Positions 34,094 to 47,556 are shown, counted from the whole stretch's first letter. The stretch is DNA of 61,089 bases, filler included, from Globobulimina sp. (GCA_003354225.1; 9 parts of 9 records of this genome joined end to end with filler, not necessarily neighbours in it); one strand, 5' to 3'. The notes: a model not told the origin generated them from the sequence alone. Numbers and translations are program-made.

Positions 34094-37000
34094 TTGGTCC
34101 CTTATTCGACTCTGCATTGCAACAAACCTATGGCGGCCAGCCTGGCCTCGGTGGCGAGTTGCCATTCCAGAGAAAGAGAAATCAGTTTGGCGGCAACGGC
34201 AAGCGGATAAATTGGCGGCATGGCAACTTGAACAAGCCGAGAAATTGAGACAGCAAAAAGAACACGAAAAGCAACGGAAAGCGGACGAGCAAAGACGCAA
34301 AGCTGAAGAGGAGAGATTACGTAAAGAAGCCGAGAAAAAATTAGCTTTCAAATCCAAGGACATTTGGAACGCAGTCAGCGATTTTGGTGCCGACAAAGCT
34401 GTCAATTACCAGACATTTAGCGATAACTTAAAAGATCGCGGCATTAACGTCTCGCCGCTATTAGCAAAGCAATTGTTTGGTATGTTTCTGTTTTGAACGC
34501 CGTAGCTAAATATAAACGCGTTTCTGTTTCTGTTCTTGTACTGTAATAATAATATATACCTAGATCAATTAGCAGGACCCGGCGGGAAATTAAGCAGACA
34601 GCAAATGGACGAATTGATCCGGAAATTGGATAAAATGAACGACAGCGCGACCATCACATGGTATGCATACATATGAATATCACTGTTTTATACATACGCA
34701 AAATACACAAACAACAGGGATATGTTGGGCGATAAATTGGGATGTATGACCATAATGAAACGGGTGTTATTAGCGGCAGGCATAGGCACTGCCTTTAATG
34801 TGGATGACTTTGTATTTGCGCAGAAGTTTGGTGTCAGCATACAGCCCATACAATTCATGAACAAATTAAGTGACCGCGACGTGCCATGGGACGATAGAGT
34901 GCGCGCAATGGAGCAGTTAGGCGCCAATTTGGCCACCAATCCGTTGTTTAATAATGTGTTGGCGCCCGGGAACATACCCGAATTGTTGTGTGGTTGGGCC
35001 ACGCAAGTATTAGACAGCAAGGCTGAAGTACAAAAGACTGCCATTGATACTCTGCCGGGCGTCTTCCACAACGCGATGGAGTTTGGCGACAAAGACATCG
35101 CCATTGGATATTTAGAAGAAGTGCTGGATAATTTGTTCAAAGTATTGGACGATCCGAATGCGCGCAAAAACCATAAGCCGGCAAAGGAAGCCATTGCCAA
35201 AATCATCGAAGATATTGTCAACAATGGAGATCCTGGTCAGTGTATAAGACATTTTTTTTCTTTTCAAAGCGGAAAACCGTCGAAAACGCAATGCATTTTC
35301 CGTGCGATTTTGCGAGAAACGAAGTGTTTTTGTGTTTTTTTTGTATACAGAGTCAATATTGGTTGTGTCGCATATTTTAGCTGAGAAATGCGACATTGCC
35401 AACGCCACCAACCCACAGTCGCGAGAAACTGCGTTGGTAAACCTACAGAAAATAATGCTTGGTCCCAACAATCCGATTGCCAGACAGTTACAGGATAAAA
35501 CTAAAAAGGATCCACCCACCAACATCCTACACAACTTGCCGCCGAAAGGCAGTGTGAACCGGGAATGGTTAGACATCGCTACCAATAAAATCCCGGGACC
35601 CTCTGAGAATTATATGGACTCTGAACGCTCGCCAATGAAAGGCAAAAGCCATCGCGATAACCGATTACAACAAGACCCAGAACGCAAATACGATTCTGGT
35701 GCCGGACCAGACGAAAATAGCCTACAGGAATTGCCGTACGTAGCTGTCTCGTCCACTCCGTCCGACGCCAAACCCCGACAACCCGTTAAATTCGATGCCT
35801 CCACATCTGTGGATTGCGATGGCGATCCTTGCAAGACTTTTAAATGGGATTTTGGCGATGGTTCGCCACCACAGACCACTACAAAACCAGTGGTAAATCA
35901 CATGTATAATAAACCGGGAACATTTCCCGTCAAATGTACAGCGACGGATAAACATGGTCGCAAAGGCAGTGCCGGACTAAGCCAGAAAGTATCGGACCCA
36001 CGAAACCCTAAAAAGAAAATGCCGCCGTATGCAGCAGTTAAGTCTACGCCGCCCGAGGCCAGTATAGGTCAACCGGTCGTCTTTGATGCGTCCGAGTCGA
36101 ACGATTTCGAAGGCGATCCGTGTAAGGCGTTTGTATGGGATTTTGGCGACGGTACACCCAAAGTGACCACCAAGGGACCGGTGACAAAGCATCCGTATCA
36201 GAAACAAGGTGTATATCCTGTGAGTGTGCAGGTTGTCGATAAAAATAACTTGAAATCCAATGCGTCATTGAATCAAAGAGTACGTAAACCAGAGCCAGAA
36301 GATCCGTATGTCGCTGTATCTTCCACGCCGTCAGAATCTAAGCCAAAACAGCCTGTTAAATTTGATGCATCCAAGTCAGTGGATATGGACGGCGAGCCAT
36401 GTAAAAATTTTATTTTTGATTTTGGCGATGGCAGCCCACCCATTGAGCAACCCGCACCCATTGCAAATCACGCCTATGATGCTCCAGGCACATATCCCGT
36501 ACACGTGACTGCTACGGATAAAAATGGCCGCAAAGGTAACGCGTCTGTGAACCAACGGGTGATTGATCCACAAAATCCAAAGACTACATTAGCGCCCACT
36601 GCAGCGGTTACTTCCACACCGCCTGATGCCAAACCAAGACAACCAGTCACTTTTGATGCGTCAAAATCACACGACATGGATCACAAACCGTGTGTTAAAT
36701 TTATATGGGATTTCGGTGATGGTACACCCAAAGTCACTACACATGCGCCGGTGACTAAGCATGCCTATAACCAGCCAGATGTGTATCCTGTCAATGTGCG
36801 AGTGGTGGATAAATATGGACAGACTGCAGATGCCGCGTTACAACAAAGGGTATCTGATCCAAGTATGTATGATGATGATCCAAACCGAGGACCCAAAGCG
36901 CCAAAAAATAAAAATTACGGTGGGAGGAAAGGTAAAGGGAACAAAAAGCCGAGTGATCCGGCGGGTAAATTTGGAGTCAGTGGGAACAATAAAAAGCCAT

Positions 37001-37362
37001 TTTCTCCGCAAAATATCGGACCAGAAAGTAAAGAGCCAGACAGGCCATCGGATGAAATTGGTGACGAATTTCGCAATGTAGTGCACGATGCGGTGTCCAA
37101 AGCAATATTAGACCCGAATCCGAATAATAAGAAAGCGGCCACTAAGACTGCGGCGGTAATGAGCAAATTAGATCCGTCATTTATGAAAAGTTTAGATCCG
37201 GAAGCAAAGAAGCAATATGAATGGGGATTGAAACCATTTAAACCTAAGAAACATAAAGAACTTCCCCCGAAGCCGGACTATAAATCAGGTTCGAAGGCAT
37301 TGCATCCGGTGCAATTTGAGGTTAATTTCGATGCTGGAAAACCAATATTACCGGATATTTAA
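34094..37362 (+). CDS. Multi-exon protein (5'-truncated): coiled coil, EF-hand-like region, CLASP/TOG-like HEAT domain, four PKD domains
   Basis: Introns 34480-34563, 34661-34717 and 35236-35350 join the ORFs in frame. TOG-like WDDRVRAMEQL..VLDSKAEVQKTA; four (W/F)DFGDG..H.Y..PG.YPV repeats. Confidence 0.8.
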
Positions 37363-37495
37363 TTATTTTATTTGGATGTGAGACTATATTATTTACGGAA
37401 TTATTTTTATTTTAGTTTTTTTTTAATTTGTTTTTTGTTGTATCATATTGTGTTGTATATTGATGTTTAATTGAAGAGCTTTGTAGCTATAGTAA

Positions 37496-38819
37496 TTAGG
37501 ATAACGTCTTGGTAATGACTCTGGTTTCATAAAAACCAGGAAATATTGACACTATTTCACCCAAATTATTTGCATAAAATTGCGTTGGCCTTTTAACATA
37601 TTCTAAAGCATTGAAGGAACCGCACACTAAGCATTGATTAAACTTATTATATCCCCATAGAAAATATTTATTATCCACTGTTTTTACACAGTTATGATTA
37701 TATCCACATTTTATTTCAATAATCTTCATATATTGCAATGTTGCGTTTAACTCAGCAACAAATACATTTCCATTCCCATCATTGCCACATTGATACTCAC
37801 TGTTTCTGCCAAAACAATAAACCAATCCATTTTTATCGAGCACCACATTGTGATCTGCTCCACAGCCAATGCGAATAATTTCGTTTTTAAAATGTGCAAT
37901 TCTTGACGGAGTATAAACGTTTTTATTGTTATCATGACCTAACTGTCCATCATGGCCATTCCCCCACGACCAGACATCACCATTTTCATTTAAAGCCAAT
38001 GTATGTTCATCCCCATTACAAATAGATTTTATATTTAAATATTTGATAGTTTGAATCATTTCAAATCCATTGGTTTTTCTAGGTCCAATGCTCGCCTTTT
38101 TGCCGAGACCTTTATTTCAAAGGCATAGCAAACAAAAAATTAAAAATACAAAAAAAACAAAAATATAAACCTAGAGCGCCATAATTACTTCTGCCACAAA
38201 CATATATTTTACCATTCTGTGTTAAAAATGTTGAATATGTGCAACCACATTCAATTTGAATAATATTTATATCCAAATTACCAAAATATACAATTTTATT
38301 TAATGCAGCATCGTTGTTTGAGTCTATACCTAATTGGTCATATTTATTGCATCCAATACCATATAAATCATCAGTTATTGTTATGATAAACTTATGGTTT
38401 GCTGCTATCCCATTGGATATTAATTTGATTTCATTTATAAATATTTCAACGGGGACATAATGTGCGTCTTCGTCATATTTATTGTAATCAAAAGCGTCAC
38501 CAAATACATCGCCACAAAAGTTAATGGCTACTAATAAAATATCATAGGGGACAAAGCATAAATGTCGAGTAAAATGACTAATAATCATATATATGTATGT
38601 TTCATTGCTTATACCTAATTGTTTGCAGTCATTATTGCCGAATACTATTAATTTACCACCCTCTGATATGATATAGGTACTTCCATATTTTCCAGTTACA
38701 ATATTTTTGATTTTGTCGCATGGATTAATTATTTTCAATTTCTTCACTGGTTCCATCCCTAAATCACATTGTTGATTAAATTTATTGTCACCAATTGTCC
38801 AACAAAACTCCTTGGACAT
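37496..38819 (-). CDS. RCC1-repeat protein, two exons
   Basis: GNNDCKQLG, CGRSNYGALGLG, GDEHTLAL..WSWGNGHDGQLG and CGADH; intron about 38170-38110. Confidence 0.9.
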
Positions 38820-38934
38820 TACTTTCGAAACAAATTGTAACTTAAAAACCTTGCATTTGATTCAAAGAACGCCAAAAACGGAACTTAATAATTATAAATA
38901 AACTCAAAAATTTTTTGTCAATTACGTTGATCAA

Positions 38935-40308
38935 TTATAATACTCCATGGAAGTCCGAATAACATGTCACTGCACCGATTAGGAGAGCAAGTAGAAGTAA
39001 CATCACATGCAATATTTTACTAATATTAGATAACGGTTTGGTTGGATGTTTCCAAAACGTTGCCAAATAAATGCCCAACGGCAATATTAATGCCAAGGAA
39101 CATACGACTCCAATGACTCCGGATAATGTCACTAAAAATGCCAAATGAGATCTGAGTATATATGCTAAAATAAACACAAATAATAACATTGCCATCCTCA
39201 TTAATCGTCTGTATGCAAACTGTGTTGATTTTAAATTAAACAAACTGTCAAAAACATCGCTGAGTAATGATAACAAAATGGCAAAACTTGCCCATAAATT
39301 TAATATCACCAATACAGACACAGCGATTACAACGGACTCATTGGGCCACACAAAGAAATTATTTATAATCATAACATCTGTGTATCCGCCATATAGCCAA
39401 TAACCGATACATGCAATGACTAAATAAAATATTGAAACCATAACATACGATATGCTGACAACAAATATTAAATGATTCTTATTTTTCAAAGAGGCAGATA
39501 TCTTTGGCACAGCAGCATTGCCCGCAATTCCACTCATAAATATAATCAATGAAAAGGCATATCCTTCGATTTTGGTCATACTTTTCTTTGCATTCATCGC
39601 CAAGTTTGTTGAATTGATACCAATGTGGTAACGTTCGCTATTTCGAAGCAACAATTCAACGGGAGGCGGCCCCCCAAATTTATACAATGAAAATATTGAC
39701 AGCGCTATCAAAGTAAATAAAATTGCCATCACTGATATCACACCGACCCAACTTATGAAGGTCATTTGTTTCCAATTTAATACCAATGCGGCTGGGATAT
39801 AAATGATAAACGCAAATAAAAACAGCAATTGTGTGTCAGTGTATGTTGTGTCAGTTACGATTTGAGACACAATTTGTTCCAACAGCTCAAATATCATAAT
39901 AATGCATGTCGTGGTGATCGTGCAAGCAATAGCGGCAAACCCAACAACTGCATAAATTTCACCCTTTTTGCCCATTGCTTGGTAAGATATCAACTGATAC
40001 GCAGACCTCATTCTTTTTGGGGTTGTTTCAATGTCACTGTCACTGTTAACTGGACATGTATTATAATTGATTGGTTTAGACATATGCGTCATAATTGGTT
40101 TATTATTTACCAATAGTTCTCGGGAAGCGACACTGAGACAAATTCCACCATATGTGATGACTGTTGCAGCCACGAAGAATATGACTATTCCTGTCCACCC
40201 AACAACTGCTAATGCAAAAGGTTTGGCTAAAATACCGATACCAATGCATGTATTGCAAAGATTGATGATAGAGTCTCGTATCGTTAAGTGCTCCGAAGCT
40301 TTGACCAT
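38935..40308 (-). CDS. Amino-acid transporter, Aa_trans/AAAP (AVT1/VIAAT-like)
   Basis: IINLCNTCIGIGILAKPFAL...GW; about 11 TM helices; IGYWLYG. The true start may lie upstream (see findings). Confidence 0.85.
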   Translation of the reverse strand: MVKASEHLTIRDSIINLCNTCIGIGILAKPFALAVVGWTGIVIFFVAATVITYGGICLSVASRELLVNNKPIMTHMSKPINYNTCPVNSDSDIETTPKRMRSAYQLISYQAMGKKGEIYAVVGFAAIACTITTTCIIMIFELLEQIVSQIVTDTTYTDTQLLFLFAFIIYIPAALVLNWKQMTFISWVGVISVMAILFTLIALSIFSLYKFGGPPPVELLLRNSERYHIGINSTNLAMNAKKSMTKIEGYAFSLIIFMSGIAGNAAVPKISASLKNKNHLIFVVSISYVMVSIFYLVIACIGYWLYGGYTDVMIINNFFVWPNESVVIAVSVLVILNLWASFAILLSLLSDVFDSLFNLKSTQFAYRRLMRMAMLLFVFILAYILRSHLAFLVTLSGVIGVVCSLALILPLGIYLATFWKHPTKPLSNISKILHVMLLLLALLIGAVTCYSDFHGVL

Positions 40309-40490
40309 TATTTAAGTTAATTAGTGTTTTTTGCTCGCTTGAAGACACAGTTGAAGTAGACATCAGCACACTAATCTGTCGTCATTTTGCTTGCTTTTTT
40401 GTTTGTGTATTGTGTGTGTACTGTATCAATCAAGATAGGCTCTAAAAGGAAAGACTCACACTAGTAGAAAACTAAACTTTGGTTCCAAAC

Positions 40491-40777
40491 ATGGCAGCAC
40501 AATTCTTTGGTAATTTGTTTGGACCAAAAGTTCCATTGTTCATGAAAAAGAATGCAGTGATACCAAATGACGTTGAACAGAATATAAACGTAAGAAAATT
40601 AAGTGCAGATTGGTGGACACACAGTGAATTTGCAATGTTGATAGAAAATGTTTATTCGAAAAAGGAGTGCTTAGAATTAATTGAAATGAGCAACAAATAT
40701 TTAAAATTTGTTAAAAATAAAAATGAATCTTTACGCACTAATTCCAGAGCAATGATTGATAATAAACATATTGCAAA
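40491..40777 (+). CDS. 2OG-Fe(II) oxygenase / prolyl-hydroxylase-like N-terminus, truncated
   Basis: AMLIENVYSKKECLELIE..RTNSR..ID pattern. Confidence 0.6.
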
Positions 40778-40877
40778 NNNNNNNNNNNNNNNNNNNNNNN
40801 NNNNNNNNNNNNNNNNNNNNNTTAATTAATTAANNNNNNNNNNNNNNNNNNNNNNNNNNNNNNNNNNNNNNNNNNNN
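40778..40877. other. Artificial contig spacer
   Basis: 44 N + TTAATTAATTAA + 44 N. Confidence 0.98.
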
Positions 40878-40996
40878 TGGAGACAAAATGGTGATCGCTT
40901 GATCGAATTGAAAAATAATCATTGTAATGGTATTGGACAACATATAGATATTTATAATTATGATAGGTTTAGAAATGTGCACGACACCACGGAGAG
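40878..40996. repeat. 119-bp exact direct terminal repeat (left copy)
   Basis: Identical to 47438-47556. Confidence 0.95.
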
Positions 40997-41174
40997 CAGG
41001 GAGAGGCGCACTAAAGCTCCACGATATGGCGGTAATATGAGAGGGTATCATCATTGATTATGCATATGAGACATTGTTTGAAAGGAAATTTCTGTCAAAT
41101 TCTGCCGCTACGTAGCTAGAGTTTCAAAATGCAATCTCAACGAGAAGTGACTGAAAGTTTTGAACTTAACAAAC

Positions 41175-44100
41175 ATGTACAGACAGCCTCTCTTAGCAAA
41201 GATGATACTGTCACTCATTTGTACAATTACAATCGTCGCCAGCACTTTGGTAAACAAGGAAAAAACGAAAGAATTGGCTAAAATGCACCCACGAGTGACA
41301 CTATCCTCTTCGTGTAATGATAAAGATGATGGATTATATTATATTAAGCCAACTATGCACGGTGAAGTAATTGCAGTTGTATGTAATGGTGGTTATACAA
41401 TGTTGGATGCATCATTAAATTATGACAATTTAGCCACATATTTTACATCCATGCATCGTTATGGAGATACAGCTAAAACCATATATGGTACGGATTGCAG
41501 TGATTCTGCAGGATGGAGGTATATAAAAATTGTATAAAATTGTATAAAACTTATAATTAAAAAAAATAAACAGGGATTGGTACATTCCAGCAAATAAAAA
41601 TACAAAATTCCGTGTTGCCAGAGATTGTCTTGAATGTGAACAAGGTTTGGGTTTACGTGTATATGTAACAAATATATTCATTAAACATTTTATTTTGTAT
41701 TAAATTACAAGGCGGAATATATGGTGAAAACACTGGTTATTATATGTCAAATGGCTATTTTTGTCCAGTGCCGCTTGATATTGATGGCTGTTCAGACGAA
41801 AAAGATATGACTGGCCAAGTGGTACCCGATGTGATGTGCAATATTTGTGATGATGTGGATGGTCTATGCGATACAGCAGACCCGTCGTGGTGTGATTGTT
41901 ATACCTTGCAATTGAGTGCGGATCATTTAACCACAAATACGCACGCAAACTATTGCCAGAAAGATTTAGATTGGAGGCCAAATTTAATGATTGACCGATC
42001 ACAATGTACCTGCTATAAACCGTTAGATATTGAGTTGAAAATATATAATGATATCGAAATAAGTCAATTACCATTTGTTTCTGCGGCATATAAGGTACCT
42101 TTTTGTTATATTTCTGTTTTTGTTGCATATGTTATGTGTTTTTGCATTAGGATGATATGATAGCATCCGGCTTATACATCGATGATATGATTATATGGGA
42201 TGATGAGGATGTTTCCAGCAGCGATAAGACGACATGTGGGCAAACAACAACTTATCTGAGGCAAAATGACTTTTTATATGGAACTTATAGAATTACAGAA
42301 TGTGGAAATTATATATTAACAGAAGACATTGTGGTTAATTTTAATAAACCATCACAAGAATTTAACTTCTTTGCGGGTGATTCACCAAATTCCTACAATA
42401 TGGAGAATTTGCCTTGGTTTCCAACCACCGAACAACAAGACAGTGGGCAATATTTTGGCTTTAATGCCTTTTGGGGGCCATATTCGATTGGTTTTATGGC
42501 GGCGATTACAGTGGAAACCGATCATGTTTATATTGATTTAAATGGATTTAGCATCTCTATGGATTATCAGTTTTATTTACAACAACGTTTTTTTGCAATA
42601 ATTGAATTTGGAAACAAACAATTTGAAGCCAGACAAGGTCCGGTTGATTTTGGCAGAGATGATTTATGTTCAAAAGATATTGTTGTCAAAGATGGCACGT
42701 TAGGTTTGTCATCGCATCATGGCATTCATGGTTCATGTGTTAAAAATGTAGTAATCTCAAATCTAAATATCGCCAATTTTGATGTGACTGGAATACAATG
42801 CAATGGATGTAAATTTATGACAATTGAAAACTGTGATATTGGGCCACAAAATAGCGACATTCCAGTAATGGGCAGGTATACGCATGCAAGGGCTATGTTG
42901 GCCCGTTTGCGATATCTTGTGGACGAGTACGGAGAGGAAACATTGTCATTTGCAAACCGCAATGGCCAAAGTATCACTGTTAAAGAATTAGCGGATACAT
43001 TAATAGAACAAATGGATATGGCTTATTATCATATCATTGATGGCATTGAATTTGATGAGGATAACACCCAATGGATTGCTGCAAAAGAAACATTTCTAAA
43101 TCCAAGTGGTTGGATGGTATGTTGTATATTTTATTGTGTTTAATTTGTAAAATGTAATATTAAATACGTTGTAGGATGGTGGTTCATCGTATGGTATATT
43201 ATTAAATGGATTTGGTACTGCAGTGGTTAATATTGGCAGAAGAACCGGTAATACGTATAATATTAATATTGCTGATGTGGAGATCCATGATATTCGGGTT
43301 AAACCATATGAGAATTTTTGGGCTGAAGCTGAAGGCCGTATTGTACACGGATTTTTTTTTGAAACCATTGATTGGAATGGCAATGTTATGGATGAAAATG
43401 GATTGTATTTAGGTGATACGTATACAGACCTTTTGTTTGCGGCATCCAAATATTTATCTCATGAATTTTGTCCATTGGGTCCTTTATTTTATTTGGACGG
43501 CTTAGGAGAATGGGCATGGAGCGACGAAAAATCTGCATATGATAGTTCAAATTTTAAATGCGGCTCTGACATACAATCACATGTTTCCAAAGGGGCGATG
43601 GGTATACGAATTGATGGCGTACAGGATTTTACATTAGAAAATATTTATGTCCATGATATTACCAATTGGGGTGACTTAGGCAGTTCAGTATGCGGCGAGT
43701 ATGAAGGGATCACATTTGAAGTGGGTGTTGATGTGGATACTGATATACAGTATGGCTATACCGGCAGTAAAGTACATGGAATATTAACGGATTATGCGAC
43801 TGGCATTTTAAAAAATATTAAAGTTGAAAATTTAAAATCATTATATGGTTCTGCAAATGCTATTGCTTTGTATAAAGGATCAGATGTCACAGTAAACGGC
43901 TATATAAATATAAATAATATTATCGCTGGCTATTCAATGACAAAAGATGAGGCAAATCAATTAACTTTACCAAATCCACAACCTTTTGTATGTTCAATAT
44001 TAATTGGAGATAATTCTGATTCTGAGACAAATCCAGAATTAACACCAAGTGTTTCAATCAGTGATGACTTTATAGTGACTGCTACAAATTTATTTGGGCA

Positions 44101-44326
44101 TGAATATTGTTTAGAAAATCAACGTGTTGGAACAATGGGAGTTAATGGAGAAACAAATGTTGTTAATGGTGATATGGTATTTTCAGTGAATAAAATTAAT
44201 TTTAAAAATACATTTATTTTAGGATTATCATCCATATTTGTTGCTGCTGTCATCTTTTTCTTTAAAATTAATAATAAATCCGATAAATTACAAAAACACA
44301 AAGTTACAACATATGGTTCAGTTTAA
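41175..44326 (+). CDS. Five-exon type I membrane protein: Cys-rich N-terminus, right-handed beta-helix, C-terminal TM
   Basis: GT-AG introns at about 41519-41573, 41645-41711, 42095-42149 and 43117-43174 keep the frame. Signal peptide, VYIDLNG, SSHHGIHG, parallel beta-helix repeats and a TM helix near the end. Confidence 0.75.
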
Positions 44327-44719
44327 TAGCCAACTTACTTATATTTATTTTTTTAGTTTTATGTATGTTTAGTTGTGTTTCAATTTTTTGTTGTTGTTGT
44401 ACTTTAACTATTTTTACTTATCTTTTTTTTTGTTTTGATCGCTGCCCTATAATCAAACATGACTATTTATGTGCTATTGGCAAAACTATTTCTTCAAAAA
44501 AATACAAAGTCATTTTTTTTGGAGCATTTCATCATTACAGAATACACGTAAAAATAGCTGAAACTGTACCTTTTATAGTATGTTGAATGTCTGTCTTAAC
44601 CAGTTACAGAAATAACAGAATATAATTATGATGTAGCAAATAAAGGTGCGAGGGGATGTCATTTCATTACAACATTCTTGTTTGAAACATTTAAAATAAT
44701 GTGTAAATACTGGTAGTAG

Positions 44720-47342
44720 TTATATTAAATGATATTGATTTTGGAGTGTATCTCTAATTCCAAAGTAATCTGAAGTTAATGTAGCATTTACGGAAAGTAT
44801 AGTTTTTTGTGGATTTTTATGTGTAATCCTTACTTCTCCAGATTTGCCCGCAACTAAAGTACCACCATAATATAGTTCAGCCGCTATATTTTGTTCTTTT
44901 AAATTTGTTTCCATTTCAATTTTAGTAACATCCCCTAAATATGTTAAAGAATGTCCATCATTCCATGGATAATTGATATTAATCTTATTTATATCATCCT
45001 CATCCTCATTATCATCCATATATTCATCATTATTCTTTTTATTATTATTGCATAATTTATATTTAATATCTTTAATAATACTCAGATGTTCACCAATATC
45101 CCCCACATCCACCGTCAGTGATTTATTTTCTTGCAATTTCCCATTTAAATACGCAACATCATATCCATTAATATTATAAAATGATAAATATCTCTCAATA
45201 ATATCATCCATAATAATCTTTTTATATTTTGTATTGGTCTTCACAGCAAACCATTTATTATTACATGCTTCGATAACATCAGAATTAGATTTGCATATTT
45301 TCTCATCGATAATAAACCGTTTAAACTCTTTCTTTTGTTGATCGCTGCCATGCACTAATATAATTTGTCTCGGTTGTAACGTCGGCAATGTCTGTTTAAT
45401 AGATTCGTAATCTGACCTCCCTTCGATATTTAAATACTTTAATTGACATTTTATAAATAATTTCTTCACTTCCACACATGTCTTATATCGTTGCGCCGGA
45501 TCAGGAAATAACACATGGCTCGGCAATAACGACATGGTTTGAGCCACAATGTCATTCGGAGAGGGCGACAACGACGTTTTCCTTCGTTCAATCTCATACT
45601 CGTCATCGTCCATACTCATTCTCCGCTTTTTATCCGCACCATCATCGCCATCCGCTTCTACTCTCCATTCATTTAAATCTATTCGTATGCCATAATCTGT
45701 CATATACTCATCACAGCCATGGTTCACATCGTCGCCATAAGGGTACATATCATACTCATTCATCATTTTTATCTGTTTATTCAATTCCCGATCATATATT
45801 ACCACATCCATGTCATGGTTGTCTTTTATTTGCATTTCTTTCTTTTTGGGGATCATATCAATATCTTCATCATCGCTGTCATTTCCATCCACATCGCCAT
45901 CATCAAAGGCAATGGCATTTTCCCTCTCTTTTTTCTCCTTTTTTTCCAACAATAATTGTTTCTCTTTTTCCTGTTGCAAATATTTCAGTTTCTCTTCAGT
46001 GGACAACCTCTCTTTAAAATAATATTTAAATTCAATATTTCTATTTTCCGTGTTTTTTTTGCTGTGGATAATATTTAATATTTTGCCAGTTAATGTCTGT
46101 GCGGCACATCTCTGAGTTAATAACACCAAATTGCTGGTATGTTTGCTTAGTGTCAAGAATATTTCTTGCGATAATCCACTTTCTAATAACTCATTGGTAG
46201 CAATACAAACATAGGGGAACTTTATACAGGCTTTAAACTCCGAAATGGTTTGACAAATCAATAATTCCTTAAAGTCAAATACATTTTTTTGCGATTTATT
46301 TAATTCTCGCTGACAGGAATCGCACATCCACTCTAACATTGATTTGGCACTATTTAAGGTATTCTTACTTGTATAGGATAAAAATACTAAATGATAACGC
46401 ATGAAATCTCTATGTTTATTAAAGGAGGAATATAATGAATACAAGATCTCTAAACATCGACCAGAGGAATCCGAAGGTATTAATACATTGCCTCCATTCT
46501 TTAAAGTGCTTAGGCATAAATTATATAATTGGTTCTCTCTCTGTTTACGACGGACTTGGAATACCTGTCCGATGTTTATGCAGTCAGTGATTAAAAGCGT
46601 TGGGCGGATTTCTAATATTCCGAAAACACTTTCATTCAAATGTTTCTCTCTACGAATATTATAATCCACTGCGTATATTATGTTATCTGTTTCGTAGCTT
46701 ATTTTCCATATCGTTCCGCCTACCATATGGCCAGCAGAGAATGGTGTGATTATTAAAGTGATTATATCATTACCATTGTTTAACACCGTCATTGTATTGC
46801 TATTTCCTATTCGTTTAACTAATTGATTCTGCGATTCTGCGTCTTCTTTCTTTTTTGATTCATCATCCATTGCCGTTGCGGTCGCATCCGTTGGGTCTGA
46901 TGTGTTTGGGTCACTCTCTCTTTTTATCTCTTTACTCAATGGGTATTCTTGAGAATATTTTAATTTCGATTTAAATTTGGTTTTGAATACTTTTTTAATA
47001 TCTTCATGAGTAAATAAATCAAAATTTGCATGTGTTTGATGGATGGAGACAAATGCATCCATTAACATATATTGACCCATTCTCCAAATGGGCGCAGTGG
47101 CAAATATTGGAGCGGATAATCCCAACTTGGAATAGGCGTAAGGCAATGCACCAATGTGGAGCAAATCTGGTTGGGATAGCAAGACAGCATCAATTGATGT
47201 TAGATCCACTGATTGTAAGGCTTCAATATCGGATAGCTCGAATCGTGAATCCCATCCACAATCCAGTAGTAATCGGAATTCGTCAATTTTTAAAATAAAA
47301 CAACGTGGTTCAAAGGCGTTAGAACCAAATACTGGGATGAAT
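44720..47342 (-). CDS. CPSF2: Cleavage and polyadenylation specificity factor 100 kDa subunit; start codon not present
   Basis: LKIDEFRLLLDCGWD, IDAVLLSQPDLLHIGALPY, AGHMVGGTIWKI, YAVDYNIRREKHL, GGNVLIPSDSSGRCLE, EGRSD and ILVHGS. The frame extends upstream of 47209 to a TAA with no ATG. Confidence 0.95.
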
Positions 47343-47437
47343 ATAAAAATGGTGCGGTAAAGAAGTTATATCCGGAGGATTATTCCAGGAAAGAAAGATT
47401 GAGAGCCACTAAACCTACGTGGATGAAAAAATGGAGC

Positions 47438-47556
47438 TGGAGACAAAATGGTGATCGCTTGATCGAATTGAAAAATAATCATTGTAATGGTATTGGACAA
47501 CATATAGATATTTATAATTATGATAGGTTTAGAAATGTGCACGACACCACGGAGAG
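47438..47556. repeat. 119-bp exact direct terminal repeat (right copy)
   Basis: Identical to 40878-40996; a plus-strand reading frame runs through the join and ends at TGA 41057. Confidence 0.95.
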
